Virus record (IMG/VR): IMGVR_UViG_3300045988_175656
DNA: 64,000 bases
DNA from: a virus
Strand: one strand, 5' to 3'
The position numbers were made by a program, and so were the translations under genes. The notes beneath the pieces were generated by a model. The model ran no database searches. It worked only from the letters and a program-made list of their open reading frames with translations, and was not told where the DNA came from. Numbering within the stretch: position 1 is the stretch's first letter; each line of letters opens with the position of its first letter. Below are positions 1 through 8,447 of the stretch, one piece after another.

Positions 1-1
1 A

Positions 2-79
2 AACCCTGATGGTACTAAAGAAATTATTTTTAAAGTTAAAAACAACTTTTATAAAGTAGAAAAAAGAAATTTAAATTAA
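2..79 (+). CDS. 3' end of an upstream gene (partial)
   Basis: The frame is open from the window edge (..PDGTKEIIFKVKNNFYKVEKRNLN*). TAA lies at 77-79, 6 nt before the next ATG. Confidence 0.3.
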   Translation, partial: NPDGTKEIIFKVKNNFYKVEKRNLN

Positions 80-85
80 GAAAAG

Positions 86-901
86 ATGTATAAAATTGAA
101 AGTTTTATAGCTATGGGATGTGCTCATTCGCTTCATTGTGAAGATGATTTTTATGTATATGAAGATGAAGAAGTGATTGTTGCAGCCGTTTTTGATGGAT
201 GTTCATCTGGTATTGATTCACATTTTGCATCCACTATGCATAAATATTGTTTGAGAGAAGTTTTAATTGACATTCCTTATATTATAAGAGAAGATGATAA
301 TAGAAATTTTCCTTTTAAAGATATTAATGAAAGTGGAAAAGAAATTATACACTTACTTTATGATAGAATTTATCGCCTTAATTATGAAGTAAATAGTGAA
401 ATGCTTAGTACAGTTGTATTAACATTGGTTAATAAACTGACAAAAGAATATTTTATATGTTTTGCAGGTGATGGCGTATGCAAAATTAATGATAAAATAC
501 ACTCTGTACATGATTCAAATAGTAATGCTGTGTGGTATTTATCTAGTGTAAAGTATTCTGATTTCAACTTTTATTATGATACTTATTGTACTAAATATAG
601 TGGAGTATTTGAAAACGAGATTTCCATATCATCAGATGGCATGGAATCTTTTAAAGATAAATTTGGAACAGATGTTACAACTGAAGCTGAAATTTTGTTT
701 TTAGGATTGAATCATGATGAATTGAAATTGAATGATAAATATAAAACAATACCAATGTGTCGTTTATATAATATGTTTCAAAATGGAAAGATTGATGAAT
801 TTAAAAATATTCCAGTAAAGAATTTAGATGATTTTACAATTATTAAAATAACTGAAATAAAAGAAAAAAGTAATGAAACGTCTACTGAGTCTATGGAATA
901 G
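86..901 (+). CDS. PP2C-family Ser/Thr protein phosphatase-like protein
   Basis: The N-terminus GCAHSLHCEDDF..VIVAAVFDGCSSGIDSHFAS matches the PP2C_2 pattern (G..H....[NE]D...a.DG.s.G..S). Later motifs are FAGDGV and ISSDGMESF. Confidence 0.6.
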   Translation: MYKIESFIAMGCAHSLHCEDDFYVYEDEEVIVAAVFDGCSSGIDSHFASTMHKYCLREVLIDIPYIIREDDNRNFPFKDINESGKEIIHLLYDRIYRLNYEVNSEMLSTVVLTLVNKLTKEYFICFAGDGVCKINDKIHSVHDSNSNAVWYLSSVKYSDFNFYYDTYCTKYSGVFENEISISSDGMESFKDKFGTDVTTEAEILFLGLNHDELKLNDKYKTIPMCRLYNMFQNGKIDEFKNIPVKNLDDFTIIKITEIKEKSNETSTESME

Positions 902-1130
902 ATATGTCAGATTTGTTCAGTTCCGTAGCCATAAAGCAACCTTTATTGATTATGTTTATATAATATTTGCGAATGTATTTACACTAGCATTTTTATTTCA
1001 CATATTCTTTTTAACACTAACTATATACAATTATATAGCTATGTTCTTAATAATGGGACTGCTTGTGTATATAGAATCAAGCGAAATTAAAAAATGGAAA
1101 AGATACAAAAAGATAAATCATATAAAATAA
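873..1130 (+). CDS. small membrane protein (hypothetical)
   Basis: 85-aa ORF with two hydrophobic helices. It overlaps the upstream stop by 29 nt and has no alternative ATG. Confidence 0.35.
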   Translation: MKRLLSLWNRYVRFVQFRSHKATFIDYVYIIFANVFTLAFLFHIFFLTLTIYNYIAMFLIMGLLVYIESSEIKKWKRYKKINHIK

Positions 1131-1138
1131 AAAATATA

Positions 1139-1327
1139 ATGTTGATATTGGAGTTTTTATTGATATTAACATTTATGATAGCATCAATTTATTTGATGAC
1201 AAATGCTATTATTGTTGGAGTGTTTGCTCATATATTTTTTATATCTTTTTGTTTATGGTGGGTATATGAGATATATGGTTTATGGAAAGATTTTTTTAAT
1301 AGGATTAAAAATGAAAAGAATACCTAA
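1139..1327 (+). CDS. small membrane protein (hypothetical)
   Basis: Hydrophobic ORF (MLILEFLLILTFMIASIYL..). The track start is 1094, but the ATG at 1139 begins right after the upstream stop. Confidence 0.4.
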   Translation: MLILEFLLILTFMIASIYLMTNAIIVGVFAHIFFISFCLWWVYEIYGLWKDFFNRIKNEKNT

Positions 1328-1493
1328 TGTCACGCCTTTATTAAAAGATAATCAAGAATTATTAGCTAAATTAAATAATATTACTAAAGTATCATTTTTA
1401 GATAAAAATGGTATTATTTGGAAACCGTTTAGTAATGGTAAATGGTTTGGGAGAACTGCATACTGGAACAAAAAACTTTTAAAATATGAATAA
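1311..1493 (+). CDS. hypothetical protein
   Basis: The internal ATG (MKRIPNVTPLL..) of track ORF 1203..1493 is chosen because it avoids a long overlap with the previous gene. Confidence 0.4.
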   Translation: MKRIPNVTPLLKDNQELLAKLNNITKVSFLDKNGIIWKPFSNGKWFGRTAYWNKKLLKYE

Positions 1494-1495
1494 AA

Positions 1496-1708
1496 ATGGA
1501 AACAAATGAAAAGAATAATTTGACTGAAAATACCATTGTTAGTTTTAATATAAATGATGCTATTAAAGGAATTGCAAATAGAAGTTTACCTGTAATTGGT
1601 AAATCTTATATTATAGAAATTTTATCTTCCAAAGGTATTGATAAAAAAACATATCCATATTCTAGTATAGTAGTATTTGAGAAATTTATTGAAGTGAAAC
1701 ATTTTTAA
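1496..1708 (+). CDS. hypothetical protein
   Basis: 70-aa ORF in the + strand gene train. It starts 2 nt after the upstream stop. Confidence 0.5.
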   Translation: METNEKNNLTENTIVSFNINDAIKGIANRSLPVIGKSYIIEILSSKGIDKKTYPYSSIVVFEKFIEVKHF

Positions 1709-1721
1709 AAGATAAAGTAAT

Positions 1722-2579
1722 ATGAGATTAGATACTTTAGAAAAAAGAATGCTATATTATCGCAGTTTAACTGATTATAAACTATTACCAAATGCGCCTG
1801 TATTATTAATGTTAGATGGTAGGGCATTTTCCAAGTTTTGTAAAAGATTTGAAAAACCATATGATGAAAAATTTATTGATATGATGAATCAAACAGCCCA
1901 ATATTTGTGCGAAAACATTGAAGGTTGTAAATTTGCATATGTACAATCAGATGAAATTTCTCTTTATGTGACTGATATGGAGAATGAAAATTCTGAAAGT
2001 TGGTTTAGTTATCGAATGGTAAAAATGTGTTCTATTGCAGCAAGTTTGGCTACGGCTAAATTCAACCAATTGTTAATGATTGATTATTTAAATGAAAAAT
2101 CAATTGAAACATTAAAAGAACAGAAACTAGTTGAATTTGATTGCAAAGTGTGGAATGTACCAACTTTAAATGATGTTTTTGCGTGGTTTTTGTTTCGCCA
2201 AATTGATTGCATAAGAAATTCTAAACAAATGGCTGCTCAAACTTTCATTCCTCATGACCAATTAAAATGTTTGCACACTGACCAACAAATTGCAAAACTT
2301 AAAGAATGGAAAGGTATTGATTGGAATGATTATTCAGATGATAAAAAATTTGGTCGTTTTCTTTATAAGGAAAGTGTAGTAATTCCTTATATTATTCCTG
2401 AAAAATTTAAGAATGGTAAACTACCAGATAAAATGTTAGAAACACTTATTACTGAAGATAATGATGATGGAACTTTTTATTACATTGAACGTAATAAATG
2501 GATTGCTCACAATGGTTTTGAACTAACAACTGAAGAAGGTAAACAGCAATTTTATGACATACTAGGATGGCAACAATAA
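1722..2579 (+). CDS. Thg1-like protein (tRNA-His guanylyltransferase family, 3'-5' nucleotidyltransferase)
   Basis: Thg1 hallmark motifs appear in order: LMLDGRAFSKF, KPYDEKF, YVQSDEISLY, FDCKVW..P....V..WF.FRQIDCIRN, and KGIDWN...KFGRF. Confidence 0.9.
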   Translation: MRLDTLEKRMLYYRSLTDYKLLPNAPVLLMLDGRAFSKFCKRFEKPYDEKFIDMMNQTAQYLCENIEGCKFAYVQSDEISLYVTDMENENSESWFSYRMVKMCSIAASLATAKFNQLLMIDYLNEKSIETLKEQKLVEFDCKVWNVPTLNDVFAWFLFRQIDCIRNSKQMAAQTFIPHDQLKCLHTDQQIAKLKEWKGIDWNDYSDDKKFGRFLYKESVVIPYIIPEKFKNGKLPDKMLETLITEDNDDGTFYYIERNKWIAHNGFELTTEEGKQQFYDILGWQQ

Positions 2580-2607
2580 AAGATAGTAATGGGAAAATAT
2601 ATAAAAT

Positions 2608-2633
2608 TGAATGAGATTATATAATCTCATTCA
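2608..2633. terminator. bidirectional terminator hairpin between convergent genes
   Basis: Perfect 26-nt palindrome TGAATGAGATTAT/ATAATCTCATTCA between the Thg1-like gene (+) and the minus-strand endonuclease gene. It overlaps the last codons of the endonuclease gene. Confidence 0.5.
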
Positions 2634-3552
2634 ATAATTCATTATGATTTGTAAATACCTTAGATATATATAAATTATTACTTTTATCTGAGTGAGTATA
2701 GTATAGAATTTTTATATTATTGTGCTTACATAAATCATATTTTAACTTATTATTTTTAGATAATTTAATAAAATTTTGTAAACCACCAAAATAATTAATT
2801 GGTTTGAAATGCTGTTCACCCTGACATTCAATCGCAATATTATAATCAGGAAGATAAAAGTCTAATCTTAATTTATATTTTGATTTAAGCCAATCAAATG
2901 TTTTCTCTCGTTCATAATTAATATTGTTTATTTCTAAAAAATTAGATATTTCATTTTCTAATTTTGATTCATTACAAATAGGGCATCCTTTACTTTGTAA
3001 GTGATTGTGTGGCGTTTGCCAAAACTCACCATGTTCAGGACAAACAATACAAACTTTTGTGCAATTGTTTACATAATTTACTTTTGAATAATCGTATTTA
3101 TTGCCATGTATTTCTTTTGCTTTAGTAATAAATTTTTCATTTGTTAATTTGTTATTATCATTTCTATGCTTATTGGCACAAATGGGACATCCTTGCTTTT
3201 GATGGATATGTTTATATAGTGATTGCTGAAATTCACCATGTTCAGGACATATAATTGTTGATTTGGTATCAATATTTAAATAATGAAATTTTGAATAATC
3301 ATATTTATCACCATGTATTTGAATTGCATATTCAACCCATTCATTAATAGTTTTATATAAACCACGACATTTGGGGCAACCATGTTTTCGATTAATATGT
3401 TTAACAGGTGTTTGCCAAAACTCACCATGTTCAGGGCAAATAATACAAACTTTTGTTTTATTGTTTATATATTCTACTTTTGAATAATCATATTTGTTAC
3501 CATGAACTTCCATAGCTCTCTTTATAAAATTCTCAGTTGTGTTTTGTTTCAT
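2617..3552 (-). CDS. putative homing endonuclease: 3 zinc-ribbon repeats + Vsr/DUF559-like PD-(D/E)xK core (paralog 1 of 3)
   Basis: Three roughly 60-aa repeats (HGNKYDYSKV.Y.N..TKVCIICPEHGEFWQTP..H...GCP.C) are followed by LRLDFYLPDYNIAIECQGEQHF. It is one of only two convincing minus-strand genes, which suggests an inserted selfish gene. Confidence 0.7.
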   Translation of the reverse strand: MKQNTTENFIKRAMEVHGNKYDYSKVEYINNKTKVCIICPEHGEFWQTPVKHINRKHGCPKCRGLYKTINEWVEYAIQIHGDKYDYSKFHYLNIDTKSTIICPEHGEFQQSLYKHIHQKQGCPICANKHRNDNNKLTNEKFITKAKEIHGNKYDYSKVNYVNNCTKVCIVCPEHGEFWQTPHNHLQSKGCPICNESKLENEISNFLEINNINYEREKTFDWLKSKYKLRLDFYLPDYNIAIECQGEQHFKPINYFGGLQNFIKLSKNNKLKYDLCKHNNIKILYYTHSDKSNNLYISKVFTNHNELLNEII

Positions 3553-3631
3553 TAGTAATTCAATTTATATATAAATATATTAAAAATTATTAAAAGTACC
3601 CTTACCTCTTTGAGAATACAAATTTTTATTG

Positions 3632-3639
3632 TATATTTG
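3632..3639 (+). promoter_or_regulatory. Bacteroidota-type -7 promoter box (TAnnTTTG)
   Basis: TATATTTG(CA) lies 26 nt upstream of the kinase ATG. The same GTATATTTGCA word recurs before many genes here. Confidence 0.55.
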
Positions 3640-3665
3640 CATTGAAATCAATTTAAATATTTAAC

Positions 3666-5324
3666 ATGAATAATATTATATTAAAAGATGATAATGGAAA
3701 AACATATAAAGTTTCCACATCAAACGAAATAAATCGTGGTGGCGAGGGGATGATTGTATCATTAAACAATGGCAAAGTTGTTAAACTATATTTTGAAGCT
3801 TCTAGAGCTATTTCTCAAAGAAAAATAGATGAATTATCACCTTTAGATGATAAATTGTTTGTGAAACCAGAAATTGCGGTTTCTGGAGATTATAATGGCT
3901 TTATAATGCCTGAGCTTGATTGTGTTGATTATTTTCCATTATATTCTCTTTATTCATTAAATTTTGCTATGAAGAGAGGATTGCCATCAGATTATCAAAC
4001 CAAAATAGCTGATAAATTAATAGCAGCAGTAAAAAATGCGCATGATAATAACATCATTATTGGTGACTTAAATCCTTTTAATGTTATGGTCAATAATAAT
4101 TTAGATGTTAAGTTTATTGATGTTGATTCTTATGAGACTACATCTTATAAACATAATGATAAATTATTAGAAGAAATAAGAGATTATAAAAATAATGGTT
4201 TTGTCACTAAGAATAGTGATTATTTTGCATTAGCTGTGTGTATTTTCAATTTGTTCACTGGTATTCATCCATATAAAGGCATTCATAATATATATCGTGA
4301 TAATCTAAAAGACCGAGAAGTGAATGATTTATCATTAGTTAATAAAAAAGAATTTGGGAATATAAAAGTTCCCAAATTTTATAAAGCAATTTCTGATACT
4401 AATCTTTTAGGATTGTTTGAAAAACTGTTTAATAATAATGAGCGATTTTTACTGGATTTACATGGGGCAATTATTAAACAAATTAAATTTGACAAAGTAA
4501 TTTGTTCTGATGATTTATTGATTACTACTATATTGTCAGAAAATATTGTATCAGTTACTTCTTCACAAAATTATTTGTGTATAACAACTGATACACGTCA
4601 TTTAATTATGTCAACAGTGTCTAAGGGAGTTGTAATGAACTTAACTATAATTGATAAATCAATCAATATTATATTGACTGATAAATACATATATGGTTTG
4701 AAAGGTAATAAGTTAAAACTCTTTGATATTAAAAAACAAGAATTTATTGATATTACATCATTAGCAATTAATAATGTACATTGTGTAAAACAATATGAGA
4801 ATATATTATTAATAATAACAGCAAATGATACTATGTACAAGGTATATTTGGATGAAACATTTTGTAATTCAGTTAAATATACAGTTGAAAATGTATATCA
4901 TAAATCGTTTATTAAACGTGATGGATTATTTCAACGACTTGGAGCTAATAATATTATATTCTATAATAATGGTAAAACATTAAATTCTTGTATATATCCT
5001 AATAATATTGCAGATATTCAACAAGTAGGGAATGTTGGATTAATCACAAGTGTGCAAAATTCTAAAATTGTTTATGAATTATTTTCAATAAACAAAATGG
5101 GTAAAATGAATACAATTCAAATTCCTGAACAATATAATTTTACAGCAAATGAGAAGTTCATATTGTTATTTAAAGATGATAAATTAAGGTTTATTGATAA
5201 AGAAACCTTAAATGAAGTAATATCATTTAAGATAAATGACGTTGATGATTACCAAATGTTATCAACAAAATCTGGAATTATTGCATATAATTCTAGTAAT
5301 GTTAAATTATTAAATACTAAATAA
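3666..5324 (+). CDS. Ser/Thr protein kinase-like protein with a beta-rich C-terminal domain of about 300 aa
   Basis: Motifs seen: Gly-rich loop RGGEGMIV, VVKLY lysine, catalytic loop IIIGDLNPFNVMV, DFG-equivalent FIDVDSY, and C-lobe SDYFALAVCIFNLFTGIHPY. The C-terminal half has repetitive beta-strand character (propeller-like). Confidence 0.7.
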   Translation: MNNIILKDDNGKTYKVSTSNEINRGGEGMIVSLNNGKVVKLYFEASRAISQRKIDELSPLDDKLFVKPEIAVSGDYNGFIMPELDCVDYFPLYSLYSLNFAMKRGLPSDYQTKIADKLIAAVKNAHDNNIIIGDLNPFNVMVNNNLDVKFIDVDSYETTSYKHNDKLLEEIRDYKNNGFVTKNSDYFALAVCIFNLFTGIHPYKGIHNIYRDNLKDREVNDLSLVNKKEFGNIKVPKFYKAISDTNLLGLFEKLFNNNERFLLDLHGAIIKQIKFDKVICSDDLLITTILSENIVSVTSSQNYLCITTDTRHLIMSTVSKGVVMNLTIIDKSINIILTDKYIYGLKGNKLKLFDIKKQEFIDITSLAINNVHCVKQYENILLIITANDTMYKVYLDETFCNSVKYTVENVYHKSFIKRDGLFQRLGANNIIFYNNGKTLNSCIYPNNIADIQQVGNVGLITSVQNSKIVYELFSINKMGKMNTIQIPEQYNFTANEKFILLFKDDKLRFIDKETLNEVISFKINDVDDYQMLSTKSGIIAYNSSNVKLLNTK

Positions 5325-5363
5325 AAATATATTAAAATTGTGGTAAGTATGGCAAATAAGTCG

Positions 5364-5371
5364 TATATTTG
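5364..5371 (+). promoter_or_regulatory. Bacteroidota-type -7 promoter box
   Basis: TCGTATATTTGCAATG upstream of ssb. Confidence 0.55.
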
Positions 5372-5413
5372 CAATGAAATTAATTTTAAAAATAAATAAA
5401 AACTTTAAGAAAA

Positions 5414-5878
5414 ATGAGAACATTAATTGTAAGTGGATTTTTAGCTAAAGATGCTCAAATTGATACTATTCCCACAAGTGGAAATAAAGTATTGAAACTT
5501 GTATTGGCTTCTAATGAATATGGTGATGAAAAAAATGCAGATGGAACAAACAAAGCTGTATGGGTTAACATTTCTTCATTTAAAGAAGAAGCTATGAGAA
5601 TGGCACAGTATTTGAAAAAAGGTAGTAATATTATTGCCATTGGTGATATGAGAACAAGAATGTATCAAAACAAAGCCCAAGAATGGGTATGTGGTGTTGA
5701 AATATATAATGCTGATATTAAGTTTAACGGAACTGGTACAAAGAAAGAAGATAATGCATCAACAGATGAAACTCCTGTTCCTGCACCCAAAAGTACTGCA
5801 AAACATACTGACATGAATATTGCTGTACAACCTGCACCATCAACACAAAATGATGATACAGATGACCTTCCATTCTAA
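5414..5878 (+). CDS. ssb: single-stranded DNA-binding protein
   Basis: OB-fold pattern (SGFLAKDAQI..VLKLVLASN..WVNISSF..AQYLKKGSNIIAIGDMRTRMY), a low-complexity linker, and the acidic tail DDTDDLPF. Confidence 0.85.
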   Translation: MRTLIVSGFLAKDAQIDTIPTSGNKVLKLVLASNEYGDEKNADGTNKAVWVNISSFKEEAMRMAQYLKKGSNIIAIGDMRTRMYQNKAQEWVCGVEIYNADIKFNGTGTKKEDNASTDETPVPAPKSTAKHTDMNIAVQPAPSTQNDDTDDLPF

Positions 5879-5901
5879 TAAAAAATTAGTTATGTAATAT
5901 A

Positions 5902-5932
5902 AAAAGCTATACAACGTGTATAGCTTTTTTTG
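5902..5932 (+). terminator. rho-independent terminator
   Basis: Stem AAAAGCTATAC/GTATAGCTTTT with a 5-nt loop, followed by a T-run. Confidence 0.7.
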
Positions 5933-5978
5933 TTTATTTATGGTTTTCAATTAAGTATTTATTAATAAACAAAATATT

Positions 5979-6386
5979 ATGATTTTAACTGTCGTTTTAG
6001 TAATTGCTGTTATTGGATGCGCAATTGGTTTTTACTTTTATAAGAAAAACAATAAACCACATGTAGACCCTACTCCAGAGCCTAAACCAGAGCCAACACC
6101 TGACCCTGAACCAGAGCCTGAACCTGTTGTTGATAGTGTTAAATGGAAAAACACTAAAACTGTTCATATACCAAAAGAAGGTAAAGTATTAAATGATGTT
6201 GAATTAGATATAACAGGAGACCCTTTTATTAAATTTGAAGCAAGAGTAAATGGTGTTATAGATAATAGTATCAAATTTACACCATCAGAAGGAAACGGAT
6301 TCACCAAAACTACAATATCAGTAGATGAAAATACTTCAGATGAATCAAGAATAATCGAAATTACTGTAAAGAAAGATGGCGAGTAA
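5979..6386 (+). CDS. membrane-anchored protein with Pro/Glu-rich linker and Ig/BACON-like C-terminal module
   Basis: N-terminal TM helix, then PEPKPEPTPDPEPEPEP. The C-terminus (..FTPSEGNGFTKTTISVDENTSDESRIIEITV) resembles BACON/Ig-like modules. The function call is weak. Confidence 0.5.
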   Translation: MILTVVLVIAVIGCAIGFYFYKKNNKPHVDPTPEPKPEPTPDPEPEPEPVVDSVKWKNTKTVHIPKEGKVLNDVELDITGDPFIKFEARVNGVIDNSIKFTPSEGNGFTKTTISVDENTSDESRIIEITVKKDGE

Positions 6387-7098
6387 AACAACAAAAATAC
6401 AAGTATTACATAGCAATTCTCCAATTGTTCCAAGTTTAGATAAACTTGATGAAGGGGTTATTGCAATTAATAATAGAAAAGATAAAGAAAAAATTTATTT
6501 TAAAGGTGAAGTAGATGAAAGTGGTACAAATAGAATTGTTGAGTTTGACCCTACTTCAACTATAATGAAATTAGTTGACCAAAAAATACAAGATACTGAT
6601 ATTGGTCATTTACAAGACCAAATTGATATTATTAATGGTGGTGATAATGTTGATGGGTCATTTGCACATGCTGATAAAGTTTTGGAAGATAAATTAACCC
6701 CACTAATTAATAATAAAGTACAACAAATTAATGCTGGTAAAGGTATTAAAGTTACTGAAAGTGTTGTTAATGATGCTAAATCAGTGTTAGTTGAAACAGT
6801 GGTTAAAGCAAATGATTTAGTATTATCAGTAGATGCAACTAGTGGTATTACAAGTACTATTAAAATGAATATATCTGGTAACACCATATCTTTATTAGGA
6901 CGCAATGATATGGTTATTAGTAGTATTGTCGTCCCTGGTATGAATTTAACCTTTACATCAACTGATGGTATTGATTTAACAAATACAAATGGTGATGTTA
7001 CAGCAAATTTAAAAATAGATTCTAATCCTGATAACCGTTTGGAACTAAGCAATAATGGACTTTTTTCTTCAAGAATTATTAATTGTGGAAACTATTAG
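6376..7098 (+). CDS. hypothetical protein, possibly virion/fibre-like
   Basis: 240-aa ORF rich in Ser/Thr/Asn/Gly with beta-strand character. It overlaps the upstream gene by 11 nt. Confidence 0.5.
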   Translation: MASKTTKIQVLHSNSPIVPSLDKLDEGVIAINNRKDKEKIYFKGEVDESGTNRIVEFDPTSTIMKLVDQKIQDTDIGHLQDQIDIINGGDNVDGSFAHADKVLEDKLTPLINNKVQQINAGKGIKVTESVVNDAKSVLVETVVKANDLVLSVDATSGITSTIKMNISGNTISLLGRNDMVISSIVVPGMNLTFTSTDGIDLTNTNGDVTANLKIDSNPDNRLELSNNGLFSSRIINCGNY

Positions 7099-7162
7099 AA
7101 TAATTATTATATAATGTGAACAATATGACTGATTGTGGCGCATTTTAACAGTTAAAAAATAT

Positions 7163-7196
7163 AAAGTCTGTAATCCGATTACAGACTTTTTTGTTT
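7163..7196 (+). terminator. rho-independent terminator
   Basis: Stem AAAGTCTGTAAT/ATTACAGACTTT, loop CCG, then TTTTTTG. Confidence 0.75.
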
Positions 7197-7213
7197 TATT
7201 GGATTTAAAGTCG

Positions 7214-7221
7214 TATATTTG
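7214..7221 (+). promoter_or_regulatory. Bacteroidota-type -7 promoter box
   Basis: TCGTATATTTGCATAA lies 22 nt upstream of the ATG at 7244. Confidence 0.55.
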
Positions 7222-7243
7222 CATAAACATAAATAATTTTAAT

Positions 7244-7567
7244 ATGACTATATTTTTAATTCTCATAGGATGTGTTTTAGTATTTGCTCTTTTTGCTAGA
7301 TGGATATTTTTAGAAATATTTAAGAAAAATATTGATATAACTAGAAAACTAAGAGTTGTTTCTATTTCTGAAAGTAATACTATTAATGGAGAAAAATATT
7401 ATAAAATAAAATGCAAAGCGTGTGAAACTAGTAATGAATATCTTAATTTAGAAATTGATTTTGGTAAAACAATTACAATTAATTTATTTGATATAGGGGA
7501 AGTGAATGTGGGTGATGAAATTGTGTTTGAAAAATTTATAAATAAAGAATTAAAATGGGATAAATAA
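7244..7567 (+). CDS. small membrane-anchored protein
   Basis: The start is moved from 7133 to MTIFLILIGCVLVFALF.. because the track N-terminus runs through the terminator and promoter. Confidence 0.55.
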   Translation: MTIFLILIGCVLVFALFARWIFLEIFKKNIDITRKLRVVSISESNTINGEKYYKIKCKACETSNEYLNLEIDFGKTITINLFDIGEVNVGDEIVFEKFINKELKWDK

Positions 7568-8445
7568 TGTTAAATATAAAAGAAATTTTAGAGTTTAGAA
7601 AAACTAATCCAGAACCTAAAGAAGTTACTAAAATTAGGGAGAAAATACTATCAACTTTTAATAAGTTGCAATTTGTTGAAGAAACACACCAATATTTTCT
7701 TCCTGATACAAAAGGTAATCTTATAGAATATGACTGTGTAAGTAATGTAACACATAAATTTGTACCACATGAGAATTGGGATTTAATTGCTGAGAATTAT
7801 GCAATTAAGCATAACAAGCCAAAAGAATTAGTACAAGAAGAGTGGCATTATAATAATATAAGAGCAACCAATAGTGGTACTGGAGTACATTTGTATGGAG
7901 AAATGTGGATGGAACTATTTTTAGGTCATCCAGACAATATTTGTGATATAATTAAACCACAATACCAAGATGGATATTTATTGCCACATTCGCCAAAAGA
8001 AGAAGCCGTAGCAAAGTTTAATGAGGACTTATTTAGAACGCCTAACATGTACCCTGTTTTAGCTGAAACAAGAGTTTATACAGGTGTTAATAAAAAGGTG
8101 AAAAAATTAAATAATAACTATGCAGGCACATTTGATATTTTATATTATTTTAAACACCCAACAGATAATGAAAAAAGTGGTTTATTAATATTGGATTATA
8201 AAACAAATAATGATTTATATAGTAAATTTAATATTGATAATAATAAAATGCTATTAGAACCATTTACCAACATGGTAAATCAAAATTTATCATTATATAC
8301 CCTTCAATTATCATGTTATCAAATACCACTTGAAGATATTGGGATGAAAGTATTAGGTAGAAGAATAATTTGGGTTAAGCCTGATGGAAGTTATGAAAAA
8401 ATTCCTGTACCTGATGTAACTAATGTATTAAGAAATGTATTGTAA
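7567..8445 (+). CDS. RecB-family PD-(D/E)xK exonuclease
   Basis: Motifs seen: GTGVHLYGE, AGTFDILYY, LLILDYKTN (D-x-K), and YTLQLSCYQ (QxxxY). Confidence 0.6.
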   Translation: MLNIKEILEFRKTNPEPKEVTKIREKILSTFNKLQFVEETHQYFLPDTKGNLIEYDCVSNVTHKFVPHENWDLIAENYAIKHNKPKELVQEEWHYNNIRATNSGTGVHLYGEMWMELFLGHPDNICDIIKPQYQDGYLLPHSPKEEAVAKFNEDLFRTPNMYPVLAETRVYTGVNKKVKKLNNNYAGTFDILYYFKHPTDNEKSGLLILDYKTNNDLYSKFNIDNNKMLLEPFTNMVNQNLSLYTLQLSCYQIPLEDIGMKVLGRRIIWVKPDGSYEKIPVPDVTNVLRNVL

Positions 8446-8447
8446 TT

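Noticed and set aside
382-567. Many short minus-strand ORFs in the track are nested inside longer + strand genes. Examples are 382-567, 4598-4840, 5455-5640, 6164-6433, 6606-7052, 11815-12081, 19383-19616, 21899-22160, 44057-44479, 45532-45843, 51453-51755, 56556-56782 and 58200-58662.
   Set aside because: Each lies antisense to a longer ORF with recognisable motifs or consistent tiling. Their products are low-complexity Ile/Phe/Leu/Ser-rich, as expected from translating AT-rich antisense sequence. None has a promoter box or a gap of its own.
6061-6125. A tandem CCAGAGCC/CCTGAACC-type nucleotide repeat.
   Set aside because: It is the coding sequence of a Pro-Glu-Pro linker (PEPKPEPTPDPEPEPEP) in gene 5979-6386, not an independent non-coding repeat.
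7133-7243. N-terminal extensions of track ORFs that read through terminator hairpins or promoter boxes (starts at 7133, 8657, 11381 and 49735). Other extensions overlap upstream genes (9911, 10377, 16687, 22456, 42310, 42798, 44157, 52668, 53681, 56882).
   Set aside because: A downstream in-frame ATG sits just after the promoter box or the upstream stop, and the extended N-termini are hydrophobic or low-complexity read-through. The starts were moved accordingly, and the exact starts remain uncertain.
7567-8445. The possibility that the PD-(D/E)xK nuclease is a Cas4 belonging to the CRISPR locus.
   Set aside because: It lies about 24 kb from the array and lacks the C-terminal Cys cluster typical of Cas4. 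It sits next to ssb-type replication and recombination genes, so a RecB- or YqaJ-like recombination exonuclease is the simpler reading.
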